Positions 9,155 to 17,810 of a DNA stretch of 64,000 nt are shown piece after piece. The notes under the pieces are model-generated. The model did no database searches. It saw nothing but the letters and a program-made list of their open reading frames with translations, and had not been told where the DNA came from. The stretch's first letter is position 1; every line of letters starts with the position of its first letter. Source of the stretch: Oscillospiraceae bacterium (GTDB lineage: Bacteria; Bacillota; Clostridia; Saccharofermentanales; Saccharofermentanaceae); NCBI GenBank assembly GCA_902802325.1, contig CADCLV010000003.1:68026-132025 (forward strand). The letters are read 5' to 3'. A program made the position numbers and the translations under genes.

Positions 9155-10264
9155 ATGGCATCGCAGATAAAGACGTTTGATACAACCAAAGACGGAAAAA
9201 ACGTAGAAGAATTCGTGATCACAAGACCCAATGGAGAGAACTTTTCGATCCTGACCTACGGAGCGCTGATCCATACGCTGAACGTTTTCGATAAAGACGG
9301 AAACCTGGGTGATGTTATGCTCGGTTTTGACACCATCGAGGCATACATGGCATCCGGATCCGGTCACGGCTCTGTTATCGGCCGTACCGCAAACCGTATC
9401 AAGGACGGTGCATTTACCATCGATGGAGTAGATTACCAGATGCCGAAGAATGAAGGAGAAAATAATCTCCACGGCGGTCCCGGCAACTTCCAGAACAGCT
9501 TCTGGACCGGAAAGATCATCTCCAAAGAGGAAGCGTCGGATTTTATCGGCGATCTGAAGATCAAGAATAACTGGACCGTGGAAACAGAAGGCGTGCTCCT
9601 TTCGTTCATTCTGGCCGACGGCGTATGCGGTGTTCCCGGAAACATGCATATGCAGACTCTTTATACCTGGGCAACAGATGGAACCTTGATCATCTGCTAC
9701 CGGGCAGTATCGGACAAGAAGACCATCTTTGCGCCGACTAACCATTCCTATTTTAATATCGACGGACAGGCAGCCGGACGCATCGGAAAGCAGCTTCTGT
9801 GGATCGATGCAGAGAAGGTCACCGAAAAAGATATGGCGAACGTACCGAACGGTAAATATATTGATGTGGAAGGTACGGAATTTGATTTCCGCACACCTTG
9901 CGCGACGGAAAAAGTACTGGTCAAGACATCGGAAAACCCGCAGCTGAACTGCAGTAAGGGCGCCGATTCCAACTACGTGCTGAAGACTTCCCAGGATGCG
10001 GTTTCTCTGGTAGCTTCCGTGGAATCTCTTGAATCCGGAAGAAAAATGGAAGTGCTGACCAACTTCCCGGGCATGCAGCTCTACTGTGCCTGCAATCTTG
10101 ACGAAGACGGCAAGGGCGGCGTGCATTATTCTCCGTACGAAGCTATCTGCCTGGAGACACAGATGTTCCCGGATGCGATCCATCACCCGGAATTTGCCTC
10201 GGCGGTGATCGATAAGGGTGAAGTCAAGGGATTTTTGACAGGATACCGTTTTTCGGTAAAGTGA
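9155..10264 (+). CDS. galM: Aldose 1-epimerase (galactose mutarotase)
   Basis: NNLHGGPGNF, SNYVLK...LTNFPGMQLY and CLETQMFPDA are mutarotase-like motifs. I chose the ATG at 9155 because it follows GGAAGGTG. Confidence 0.8.
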   Translation: MASQIKTFDTTKDGKNVEEFVITRPNGENFSILTYGALIHTLNVFDKDGNLGDVMLGFDTIEAYMASGSGHGSVIGRTANRIKDGAFTIDGVDYQMPKNEGENNLHGGPGNFQNSFWTGKIISKEEASDFIGDLKIKNNWTVETEGVLLSFILADGVCGVPGNMHMQTLYTWATDGTLIICYRAVSDKKTIFAPTNHSYFNIDGQAAGRIGKQLLWIDAEKVTEKDMANVPNGKYIDVEGTEFDFRTPCATEKVLVKTSENPQLNCSKGADSNYVLKTSQDAVSLVASVESLESGRKMEVLTNFPGMQLYCACNLDEDGKGGVHYSPYEAICLETQMFPDAIHHPEFASAVIDKGEVKGFLTGYRFSVK

Positions 10265-10277
10265 GGCACGAGACTCT

Positions 10278-11021
10278 GTGACATCTAGAAAACTGTTTAT
10301 TCGGGGATTCCTGGACGGAATCCCTATCTGCCTGGGATACCTTTCGGTATCCTTTGCATTTGGAATTTTTGCTGTCGGATCCGGACTTTCCATCTGGCAG
10401 TCGATCCTGGTTTCTGTGGCAAATGTTACGTCGGCCGGTCAATTGGCGGGAGTTCCGATCATGGTCGGAAGACTGCCGCTGATCGAAATGGTGCTGACGC
10501 AGTTTGTCATTAATCTCCGGTATTCACTAATGTCGGTGTCTCTTTCCCAGAAACTGAGTCCGCGGGTTAAGATCCTTCAGCGTATGGTGGTGGCCTTTGG
10601 CGTGACCGATGAGATCTTTGCACTGGCCATCAGCCAGAAAGAAGAACTGGAAACGCCCTATCTTGTGGGCCTTATTACATCGCCGTTCTGGGGATGGACG
10701 ATTGGAACCGCGCTTGGCGCTTTGGCCGGTGACATCCTTCCGTCATTGATCGTATCGGCTTTGGGACTGGCGCTTTATGCCATGTTTGTGGCCATTATTA
10801 TTCCTCCGGCAAAGAAGAACCGGGCAGTGGCATTTTGCTGCCTTCTGGCCATGGCTTTATCTTCTGCATTCCGTTATGCTCCGGTCATGAATAAAGTCTC
10901 TTCCGGTATGGCGATCATCATCTGCGCCGTGGCATCCGGACTTCTGTTTGCGGCAGTTGCGCCGATCCCGGAGGATGAAAAGAAGAAAGATACTTCCATG
11001 GATAAGGCGGTGAAGACCTGA
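10278..11021 (+). CDS. azlC: AzlC family branched-chain amino acid exporter subunit
   Basis: Polytopic membrane protein with the GIPICLGYLSVSFAFG motif. GTG start. Translationally coupled to azlD (TGATG). Confidence 0.75.
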   Translation: MTSRKLFIRGFLDGIPICLGYLSVSFAFGIFAVGSGLSIWQSILVSVANVTSAGQLAGVPIMVGRLPLIEMVLTQFVINLRYSLMSVSLSQKLSPRVKILQRMVVAFGVTDEIFALAISQKEELETPYLVGLITSPFWGWTIGTALGALAGDILPSLIVSALGLALYAMFVAIIIPPAKKNRAVAFCCLLAMALSSAFRYAPVMNKVSSGMAIIICAVASGLLFAAVAPIPEDEKKKDTSMDKAVKT

Positions 11022-11338
11022 TGCAGACGGATGTGTTTTTTCTTTACCTTCTTGTCATGGCCGGAGTGACGTATCTGATCCGTATGCTTCCGCTTGTTTT
11101 ATGCCGGGAGAAGATCCAGAGCCGCTTCCTGAGATCTTTTTTATATTATGTTCCTTATGCGGTCCTTTCCGCCATGACCATTCCGGCTATCTTTTATTCC
11201 ACCGGATATCTTGTCTCGGCAATTGCCGGACTTGCTGTTGCCGTAGCGCTTTCCTTGTGGGAAAAGAAACTTCTGACGGTGGCCTGCGGGGCATGTGCGA
11301 CCGTTCTTATTGTGGAATCGATAATCAAGTTTATATAA
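11021..11338 (+). CDS. azlD: AzlD family branched-chain amino acid transport protein
   Basis: 105-aa hydrophobic protein directly coupled to azlC. Confidence 0.7.
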   Translation: MQTDVFFLYLLVMAGVTYLIRMLPLVLCREKIQSRFLRSFLYYVPYAVLSAMTIPAIFYSTGYLVSAIAGLAVAVALSLWEKKLLTVACGACATVLIVESIIKFI

Positions 11339-11354
11339 TTGCGAGGTGTATTTT

Positions 11355-11768
11355 ATGAGTGAAGTAAGAGATCTGGAATGGGCCAGAAAAACATTTGCTA
11401 ATGACCGCTTTGCCACTGAGGCGGCCGGGGTAGTGATCGAAGAGGCAGGAGATCAAGTCTGCCGATGCTCCATGAAAATCACTCCGGTGCATTTAAATGC
11501 AGCCGGCGGGGTAATGGGCGGCGCGATCTTTACGCTGGCTGACCTGACCTTTGCCGTAGCAGCAAACTTCGGCGGACGTATGACCGTTTCTATTTCAAGT
11601 AACATTTCTTTCATTGGTGTTTGCAAGGGAAAAGAACTGAGAAGTGAGGCCAGATGCATTAAGAGCGGAAGAAGCACTTGCTTTTATGAGATCCTTATTT
11701 GCGACGATCTGGGCAACCAGGTGGCGGTCGTGACGATCACCGGATTCGTGAAGGATCAGAGCTTCTGA
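11355..11768 (+). CDS. PaaI-family hotdog-fold thioesterase
   Basis: HLNAAGGVMGGAIFTLADLTFAVA is a typical PaaI/YigI motif. The ATG at 11355 follows GAGGTG. Confidence 0.7.
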   Translation: MSEVRDLEWARKTFANDRFATEAAGVVIEEAGDQVCRCSMKITPVHLNAAGGVMGGAIFTLADLTFAVAANFGGRMTVSISSNISFIGVCKGKELRSEARCIKSGRSTCFYEILICDDLGNQVAVVTITGFVKDQSF

Positions 11769-11798
11769 AAAAAATTTCGTGTTTTTTCAGAATTGTTG

Positions 11799-11829
11799 TT
11801 GACAACGATAGAATGTTTTGTGTATACTT
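11799..11829 (+). promoter_or_regulatory. Promoter of the tRNA operon
   Basis: TTGACA at 11799-11804 and TATACT at 11824-11829. The 19-nt spacer is somewhat long. Confidence 0.45.
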
Positions 11830-11869
11830 CTTCTTGCGCTTCGAGAGAAGCACTGGCAAACGATAGATG

Positions 11870-11945
11870 GAAGATTAGCTCAGCTGGGAGAGCATCTGCC
11901 TTACAAGCAGAGGGTCACAGGTTCGAGCCCTGTATCTTCCACCAT
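11870..11945 (+). tRNA. tRNA-Val (anticodon TAC), CCA encoded
   Basis: Cloverleaf read by eye: acceptor GGAAGAT/ATCTTCC, anticodon loop CTTACAA, T-loop GGTTCGAGCC. Confidence 0.9.
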
Positions 11946-11949
11946 CATG

Positions 11950-12025
11950 GCGCAGTAGTTCAGTTGGTTAGAATGCCAGCCTGTCACGCTGGAGGTCGAG
12001 GGTTCGAGCCCCTTCTGCGTCGCCA
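11950..12025 (+). tRNA. tRNA-Asp (anticodon GTC), CCA encoded
   Basis: Acceptor GGCGCAG/CTGCGTC, anticodon loop CTGTCAC, T-loop GGTTCGAGCC. Confidence 0.9.
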
Positions 12026-12026
12026 G

Positions 12027-12054
12027 GATAATCGGTCCGGAAGGACCGATTATC
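12027..12054 (+). other. Perfect 12-bp hairpin with a GGAA loop between tRNA-Asp and tRNA-Phe
   Basis: GATAATCGGTCC-GGAA-GGACCGATTATC. It is followed only by ATTT, so there is no real U-tract. Confidence 0.7.
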
Positions 12055-12058
12055 ATTT

Positions 12059-12134
12059 GCCCAGATAGCTCAGTCGGTAGAGCAGGGGACTGAAAATCCC
12101 CGTGTCGTTGGTTCGATTCCGACTCTGGGCACCA
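12059..12134 (+). tRNA. tRNA-Phe (anticodon GAA), CCA encoded
   Basis: Acceptor GCCCAGA/TCTGGGC, anticodon loop CTGAAAA, T-loop GGTTCGATTCC. Confidence 0.9.
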
Positions 12135-12136
12135 TA

Positions 12137-12175
12137 CAGGGACTGTTTCATTCGAGACAGTCCCTGTTTGTTTTT
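12137..12175 (+). terminator. Intrinsic terminator of the tRNA operon
   Basis: CAGGGACTGT (12137-12146) pairs with ACAGTCCCTG (12157-12166), followed by TTTGTTTTT. Confidence 0.85.
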
Positions 12176-12323
12176 GCGCAAAAGTGAGATAGAAGATGTA
12201 TTTTGCGATATTTGACGGAATATCTCATTCTTCTTTTCTATTTCTTTCTTTCATGTATTATGAAACTATGATATATTTTGTAGACGTGACGACCTTTTAT
12301 TATAGAGAGGAAGGGATTATAAA

Positions 12324-15065
12324 ATGAATCATCCATTTGCGATGAAGACAGAAAGTGTTATTGATGCACTAAGTACGGACGTGAAAGCGGGTCTGACCAA
12401 GGCCGAAGCGGATAAGCGTCTTGCACAGTATGGACCCAACTCATTGGGTGAAGAGAAGAAGGTTCCGCTTTGGAAGCGTTTCCTTGGGCAGTTTGCGGAT
12501 GCTATGGTACTGATCCTGATCGGTGCGGCTGTTCTTTCCGCAGTTATGGCCATTAAAGAGGGCGGTTTCAGCGGATGGATCGATGTCATTGTAATCCTTG
12601 CTATCGTTATCATTAACGCGGTCCTGGGTGTGTATCAGGAAGGTAAAGCGGATGAGGCAATTGCCGCTTTAAAGAAAATGAGTTCCCCGCAGGCGAAAGT
12701 CGTGCGTGACAATATCCAGCAGATGGTCGATTCCGATAAGCTGGTTCCTGGCGATGTCGTTGTACTGGATGCCGGTGACCTGGTTGCCGCAGATATCAGA
12801 CTTACCGAGGCCAGCTCCATGAAGGTGGAAGAAGCGTCTCTTACAGGCGAATCGGTTCCGGTAGATAAAGATGCAACTGTTGAGCTGGATGAGGACTGCG
12901 GTATCGGTGACCGTAAGAATATGCTTTATATGGGTACGGCAGTTACTTACGGACGTGGCCGTGGTGTGGTTGTGGAAACCGGTGCCAACACCGAGCTTGG
13001 TAAAATCGCCAGCCGTCTTTCTTCCATTGATGATGAAGAGACTCCTCTCCAGAAGAACCTGACAAAACTTGGTAAGATCCTGGGTATCGTCTGTATCGTT
13101 ATCTGCCTGATCGTATTTGTGGTAGATGTGTTTGTACAGAAAGAGCCTTGGGATGAAGCTCTGATGACTGCGGTCAGCCTGGCTGTAGCGGCGATTCCTG
13201 AGGGCCTTGCGGCTGTTGTAACGATCGTTCTGGCTCTGGGTATGACCAAGATGGCCGGAAAGCATGCGATCGTACGCCGCCTTCTGGCTGTAGAAACACT
13301 GGGTTGTGTAGACGTTATCTGTACTGATAAGACCGGTACCCTGACCCAGAATGAAATGACCGTCAGAAAGGTGTTTGACGGCCGCGAGTCTTACGATGTT
13401 ACCGGTATCGGTTATGCACCGGAAGGCCAGATCCAGACTGCCGACGGCACGAAGGTGGAGCCGGATGCCCGTATTACGAGACTCCTTCAGTCCTGCGTAC
13501 TTTGTAGTGATGCTGTTACTCCGAAGGGTGAGGATGGAAGATATTCCTGCATCGGTGACCCGACAGAAGCTGCTCTGATCGCACTGGGCGCCAAGTCCGG
13601 ATTTCCGAAGGATGAGACGAATAAGTCTTTCCCGCGTATTGCCGAGCTTCCTTTTGACTCGGACCGTAAGATGATGACTACTTACCATCCGAACATTGTG
13701 GAAGGCTCCATTGTTTCTTTCACAAAGGGTGCGCCGGATATCGTTCTGAGCCGCTGTATCGAGTATTTCGACGGCGAGAAGAATGTGCCGATGACAGAAG
13801 AACTGCAAAATAAGATCGCGGAAGTGAACCACGGCTACGCAACACAGGCGATCCGTGTGCTGGCTTTTGCTTACAGGATCCATGAAGGCAAGACCGAGAT
13901 CGAAGCTGACTTCGAGCATGAAAAGGATCTTTGCTTCCTGGGCCTGATCGGTATGATCGACCCGGCAAGACCGGAAGTACGTGATGCCATGGCGCTGTGC
14001 CGTGAGGCCGGTATCCGTGCCGTTATGATCACCGGTGACTATAAGGATACTGCTGTGGCCATCGCAAATGACCTCGGCATGATGGGTGAGGGCATCGGAA
14101 GTCTCTCCGGTGCGGAACTGGATAAGATTTCCGACAAGGAATTTGAGACTGTCTGCGAGACCACAAATGTCTATGCCCGTGTATCTCCGGATCACAAGGT
14201 CCGTATTGTAAATGCACTTCGTAAAAATGACCATATTGCGTCCATGACCGGTGACGGTGTAAACGATGCGATGGCGCTGAAATCTGCGGATATCGGTGTG
14301 GCAATGGGTATTACCGGTACTGATGTTGCCAAGAACTCTTCCGATATGATCCTGACAGATGATAACTTTGCGACGATCGTTTCGGCTGTGAAAGAAGGAC
14401 GTATCATTTACAGCAATATCCGTAAGTTCGTCGGCTTCCTGCTTTCCTGTAACGTAGGTGAGATCCTGGTTATCTTCCTGATCTCTCTGATCCCGGCTTC
14501 GCTGATCACCGGAATCGGAACTCCGCTTACCGCGATTCAGCTTCTGTGGCTGAACCTGGTAACAGACAGCTTCCCGGCACTGGCTCTTGGTAGAGAAAAG
14601 GGTGAACCGGATATCATGAAGCAGCCGCCGAGAAAGAAGTCGGAATCCATTATCAACGGCTCTATGAAGGTGAATATCCTGGTACAGAGTCTGTCGATCT
14701 TTGTGGCTGTCTTTACTTCTTTCGTACTTGGTCTGACTGTATTCTTCAAGGATGCCGAGGTGCCGATCGAGGGTGCACGTACTATGGCATTTGCCACATT
14801 GATCCTGGCCGAGCTTTTCCGTGCCTATGGCGCCCGTTCCGAGCGCACCAGCGTATTTAAGCTGGGCCTGTTCAGCAATAAGTTCATGAACATTTCGGTT
14901 GCCGGCTCCATCGGACTTCTCCTGGCAGTTATCTACATTCCGGGTGTCAACGGTATCTTCGATAACATTGCTCTCGGATTCCTGCCTTGGATCCCGATCC
15001 TGCTTCTGGCCCTGATTCCTTTCGCGGCAAGTGAAGTACATAAGCTGGTAAAGAATAAAAAATAA
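12324..15065 (+). CDS. Calcium-translocating P-type ATPase (P2A/P2B type)
   Basis: 913 aa with TGES, phosphorylation site DKTGTLT, KGAPD, MITGD and TGDGVNDAMAL, plus 10-TM topology. RBS GAGGAAGGG. Confidence 0.9.
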   Translation: MNHPFAMKTESVIDALSTDVKAGLTKAEADKRLAQYGPNSLGEEKKVPLWKRFLGQFADAMVLILIGAAVLSAVMAIKEGGFSGWIDVIVILAIVIINAVLGVYQEGKADEAIAALKKMSSPQAKVVRDNIQQMVDSDKLVPGDVVVLDAGDLVAADIRLTEASSMKVEEASLTGESVPVDKDATVELDEDCGIGDRKNMLYMGTAVTYGRGRGVVVETGANTELGKIASRLSSIDDEETPLQKNLTKLGKILGIVCIVICLIVFVVDVFVQKEPWDEALMTAVSLAVAAIPEGLAAVVTIVLALGMTKMAGKHAIVRRLLAVETLGCVDVICTDKTGTLTQNEMTVRKVFDGRESYDVTGIGYAPEGQIQTADGTKVEPDARITRLLQSCVLCSDAVTPKGEDGRYSCIGDPTEAALIALGAKSGFPKDETNKSFPRIAELPFDSDRKMMTTYHPNIVEGSIVSFTKGAPDIVLSRCIEYFDGEKNVPMTEELQNKIAEVNHGYATQAIRVLAFAYRIHEGKTEIEADFEHEKDLCFLGLIGMIDPARPEVRDAMALCREAGIRAVMITGDYKDTAVAIANDLGMMGEGIGSLSGAELDKISDKEFETVCETTNVYARVSPDHKVRIVNALRKNDHIASMTGDGVNDAMALKSADIGVAMGITGTDVAKNSSDMILTDDNFATIVSAVKEGRIIYSNIRKFVGFLLSCNVGEILVIFLISLIPASLITGIGTPLTAIQLLWLNLVTDSFPALALGREKGEPDIMKQPPRKKSESIINGSMKVNILVQSLSIFVAVFTSFVLGLTVFFKDAEVPIEGARTMAFATLILAELFRAYGARSERTSVFKLGLFSNKFMNISVAGSIGLLLAVIYIPGVNGIFDNIALGFLPWIPILLLALIPFAASEVHKLVKNKK

Positions 15066-15140
15066 TAGTTGCCTAAGAAAATATCTTGTGTTACTATTTA
15101 ACGGTTACTAGAATTGAGAACAGTCTCGGAGGCTGATATA

Positions 15141-15395
15141 ATGAACACATTGGCAGTTGTACTTACATGTATTGATATCGTCGTCTGCATCGCGATGATC
15201 ATTCTGGTTATGTCCCAGGAAGGTAATGACCAGGGTATGGGTGTTGTTGGCGGAAGCGGAAATAGCAACAACTTCTACGAGAAGTCGAAGGGCAGAACGA
15301 TGGATGAGAAGCTCAAGAAGATCACGCTGTTTACAGCAGTCCTCTTTGCGGTCCTGACCGTGACATTGTTCCTGGTGCTGGCCAGAGGCTTCTGA
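15141..15395 (+). CDS. secG: Preprotein translocase subunit SecG
   Basis: 84 aa with two TM helices and the SQEGNDQGMG motif. The ATG at 15141 follows GGAGG. Confidence 0.8.
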   Translation: MNTLAVVLTCIDIVVCIAMIILVMSQEGNDQGMGVVGGSGNSNNFYEKSKGRTMDEKLKKITLFTAVLFAVLTVTLFLVLARGF

Positions 15396-15421
15396 TCTAA
15401 AGACGAAACAAACAAGAGAGA

Positions 15422-15458
15422 ACTGCCGACCGGAAAAATCCGGACGGCAGTTTTTTTA
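15422..15458 (+). terminator. Intrinsic terminator after secG
   Basis: CTGCCG-A-CCGG / CCGG-A-CGGCAG stem followed by T7. Confidence 0.75.
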
Positions 15459-15491
15459 TTGAGAGACAGATCTCTCGGAAAGTGAGACAGT

Positions 15492-17369
15492 ATGGGTAGA
15501 AGTATGAAACGACATATCAAGATCCGTCCTTCCAGCAGAAAAGAAGTAGTAAAGGCGATGCTTCCTAAGGAGCGGGAAATGACGGTGGCCGATCTTGCGC
15601 CCCGCGGCCCGCTGGCACTGGAAAACCAGTGCGTTGGTATCCTTCGGGAGACGCAGGATGGGGGAGTGGTGATCCCTGATCCCGGGTATCCTTTTCCTTT
15701 TGGCCAGATCTTGATCGCCAAAAACCAGTTAAATGGCGCCCCCTTTGGCATGAAGGTGGTCTGTGAGATCAAGAATCCTTCTGCCAGCCGTGCCCGGTAT
15801 GAGGGCCGGATCATTGAAGTACTGGGTGATCCGGGAAATAACGATGTGGAAATGCTTTCGATCCTGCGGCAGTTCGGGCTGAGCCCGGTATTTCCTGCGG
15901 CCGTGGAAGAAGAAGTTTCCGGACTTCCTTTGTCTCCGACTGAAGAACAGATCGAGGAGTGCCTCCTTCATGGAAGAAAAGATCTTCGTTCACTTCCTAC
16001 GATCACTATCGACGGAGAAGAGGCAAAGGATCTGGACGATGCCATTTCCATACAGAAACTCGACAAAGGCGGCTACCGTCTCTGGGTACATATCGCGGAT
16101 GTTTCGGAATATGTGAAAGAAGGTACGGCTCTGGACCGGGAAGCATATTCCCGGGGTACTTCGGTATATCTGGTGGACCGGGTCATTCCGATGCTGCCAC
16201 CGAAGCTTTCCAATGGCCTTTGCAGCCTGAATCCGCATGTTCCGCGTCTGACTATGACCTGTGAGATGAAGATCGACGGCGCAGGTGAGATCGTGGATAG
16301 CGAGATCTATGAGAGCATTATTGAAAGCGATGCCCGTACTTCCTATAACGAGATCAACGGGATCCTTTTCGAAGAAAAAGATATCGAGGATTACCGCTCC
16401 TTATATCCGATGTTCCGCCTGATGCTGGAATTAAAGCGGGTACTGAAAACGAAGAGAAAGAACCGGGGAACCATTGACTTTGTTTTTCCGGAGACACATG
16501 TGGATCTGGATGATGAGGGAAAGCCGGTTTCGGTACATGCCTATCCGATCAATGAGATCCACGGGGTGATCGAAGAGTTCATGATCGCGGCCAATGAAGC
16601 GGTGGCAGAGCGTTTCGCGAAGATGGAATATCCTTTCGTGTACCGTGTCCATGAAGAACCGGATGAATTAAAGATCGGAGAGTTTCTCCATGTGGCCCGT
16701 CTTTTCGGAGAGAACAAGAGGCTTACGGGAAAAGTGACCCCGAAGTTCTTAAGTGATCTTCTGGATGATATCGAAGGAAAAGAATATGCTCCGGCATTAA
16801 ATCAGCTTCTGCTCCGCAGCATGGCGAAGGCGAGGTATTCGGAAAAAGAACTGGGCCATTTCGGTCTGGCGTCTTCGTATTATTGCCACTTTACTTCTCC
16901 GATACGCCGCTATCCGGACTTATATATCCACCGCATCATCAAGACCTATCTGCATCAGCAGCACAAGCGGCAGCATTTCCAGGGACTGGTCAGCGATGTG
17001 GCCTACCATAGTTCCGAGATGGAGAAGAACAGCGTCGATGCCGAACGGGCATCGGTGGATTTGAAATGCGCTGAATATATGCAGTCTCATGTGGGTGAGC
17101 ATTTCCCCGGTGTAGTTTCCGGTGCCTGCCCGGCGGGTATTTTCGTGAAACTGGAAAATACGATCGAGGGAATGGTGCCTTTCTCGTCGCTGGATGAATA
17201 CTTCGAATACGATGACCGGATGCTTCGGGCCAAGGGGTCCAGGGGGACGGTGTATTCGATCGGGCAGAAGGTGCAGGTCATGGTTTCTGCAGTAGATCCT
17301 CTGGTGCATCACATTGACTTTACCATCGTCAAAGATGGGGAGGAGAACTCTTCCGGGCGAAAGAAGTAA
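15492..17369 (+). CDS. rnr: Ribonuclease R
   Basis: OB/CSD region, RNB domain (ITIDGEEAKDLDDA, HFGLAS..YCHFTSPIRRYPD) and a C-terminal S1 domain. The start could be 15492 or 15504. Confidence 0.85.
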   Translation: MGRSMKRHIKIRPSSRKEVVKAMLPKEREMTVADLAPRGPLALENQCVGILRETQDGGVVIPDPGYPFPFGQILIAKNQLNGAPFGMKVVCEIKNPSASRARYEGRIIEVLGDPGNNDVEMLSILRQFGLSPVFPAAVEEEVSGLPLSPTEEQIEECLLHGRKDLRSLPTITIDGEEAKDLDDAISIQKLDKGGYRLWVHIADVSEYVKEGTALDREAYSRGTSVYLVDRVIPMLPPKLSNGLCSLNPHVPRLTMTCEMKIDGAGEIVDSEIYESIIESDARTSYNEINGILFEEKDIEDYRSLYPMFRLMLELKRVLKTKRKNRGTIDFVFPETHVDLDDEGKPVSVHAYPINEIHGVIEEFMIAANEAVAERFAKMEYPFVYRVHEEPDELKIGEFLHVARLFGENKRLTGKVTPKFLSDLLDDIEGKEYAPALNQLLLRSMAKARYSEKELGHFGLASSYYCHFTSPIRRYPDLYIHRIIKTYLHQQHKRQHFQGLVSDVAYHSSEMEKNSVDAERASVDLKCAEYMQSHVGEHFPGVVSGACPAGIFVKLENTIEGMVPFSSLDEYFEYDDRMLRAKGSRGTVYSIGQKVQVMVSAVDPLVHHIDFTIVKDGEENSSGRKK

Positions 17370-17383
17370 GGATAGAAAAAAAT

Positions 17384-17424
17384 AAGGGGTGCTTCCTAAT
17401 TATTGGAAGCACCCCTTTTCATTT
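17384..17424. terminator. Bidirectional terminator between rnr and the HPr-like gene
   Basis: AAGGGGTGCTTCC pairs with GGAAGCACCCCTT, flanked by A-rich sequence on one side and T-rich sequence on the other. Confidence 0.8.
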
Positions 17425-17440
17425 ACATATTTAACTTGCT

Positions 17441-17674
17441 TTACTCTTCCACACGGAAAGGAGAGAGGGCATCGACCAGATCGTCGCAGGTATTGCTGTG
17501 GATCTCCAGGTTGATCGCACTCTGAAGTTCGAGACTGAAGATACCCATGATGGACTTGGCATCAACCACATAACGTCCGGAGGAAAGGTCTACGTCGTAA
17601 GGAAAGGAATTGACGATCTGAACAAATTCCTTGACATCGGAAATAGATTGGAATCGAATCGGAAAACGGACCAT
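17441..17674 (-). CDS. HPr-family (phosphocarrier-like) small protein lacking the His15 region
   Basis: VDAKSIMGIFSLEL matches the HPr V.LKSIMGVMSLG motif, but there is no GIHARPA-like segment. The start at MVRF follows AGGAGGAT. Confidence 0.6.
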   Translation of the reverse strand: MVRFPIRFQSISDVKEFVQIVNSFPYDVDLSSGRYVVDAKSIMGIFSLELQSAINLEIHSNTCDDLVDALSPFRVEE

Positions 17675-17753
17675 ACGGTATCCTCCTGCACCTGTTTCTA
17701 ACATTTATGAAAATAGTTTATCACAGGTACAAACGATGTCAACGTGAAAATCA

Positions 17754-17781
17754 TTGAAAGAATACGGGGAATGGGTATAAT
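17754..17781 (+). promoter_or_regulatory. Promoter of mtaB
   Basis: TTGAAA (17754-17759), 16-nt spacer, TATAAT (17776-17781). Confidence 0.55.
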
Positions 17782-17810
17782 AAGTTCATCAATTTGACGA
17801 AAGGATACCT

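Noticed and set aside
11793-12068. 91-aa ORF overlapping tRNA-Val and tRNA-Asp; likewise the 66-aa ORF at 48240-48440 overlapping tRNA-Leu
   Set aside because: Both are fully explained by well-formed tRNA genes, so the ORFs are spurious.
12669-15041. Very long antisense ORFs opposite real genes. Examples are 790 aa opposite the P-type ATPase, 610 aa at 52414-54246 opposite iorA, 856 aa at 40278-42848 opposite the adhesin, 432 aa at 9095-10393 opposite galM, 346 aa at 27740-28780, 416 and 378 aa opposite glgD and glgA, and 342 and 401 aa opposite glnS and gltX.
   Set aside because: The sense strands carry unmistakable conserved proteins. The antisense translations are low-complexity (rich in R, C, H, S and I) with no motifs or RBS. 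Their length is a by-product of codon usage that avoids TTA, CTA and TCA on the sense strand.
17370-17810. Expected smpB/ssrA (tmRNA) downstream of secG-rnr
   Set aside because: The interval holds only a terminator, the minus-strand HPr-like gene and the mtaB promoter. There is no SmpB-like ORF or tmRNA-like sequence, so these genes must lie elsewhere in the genome.
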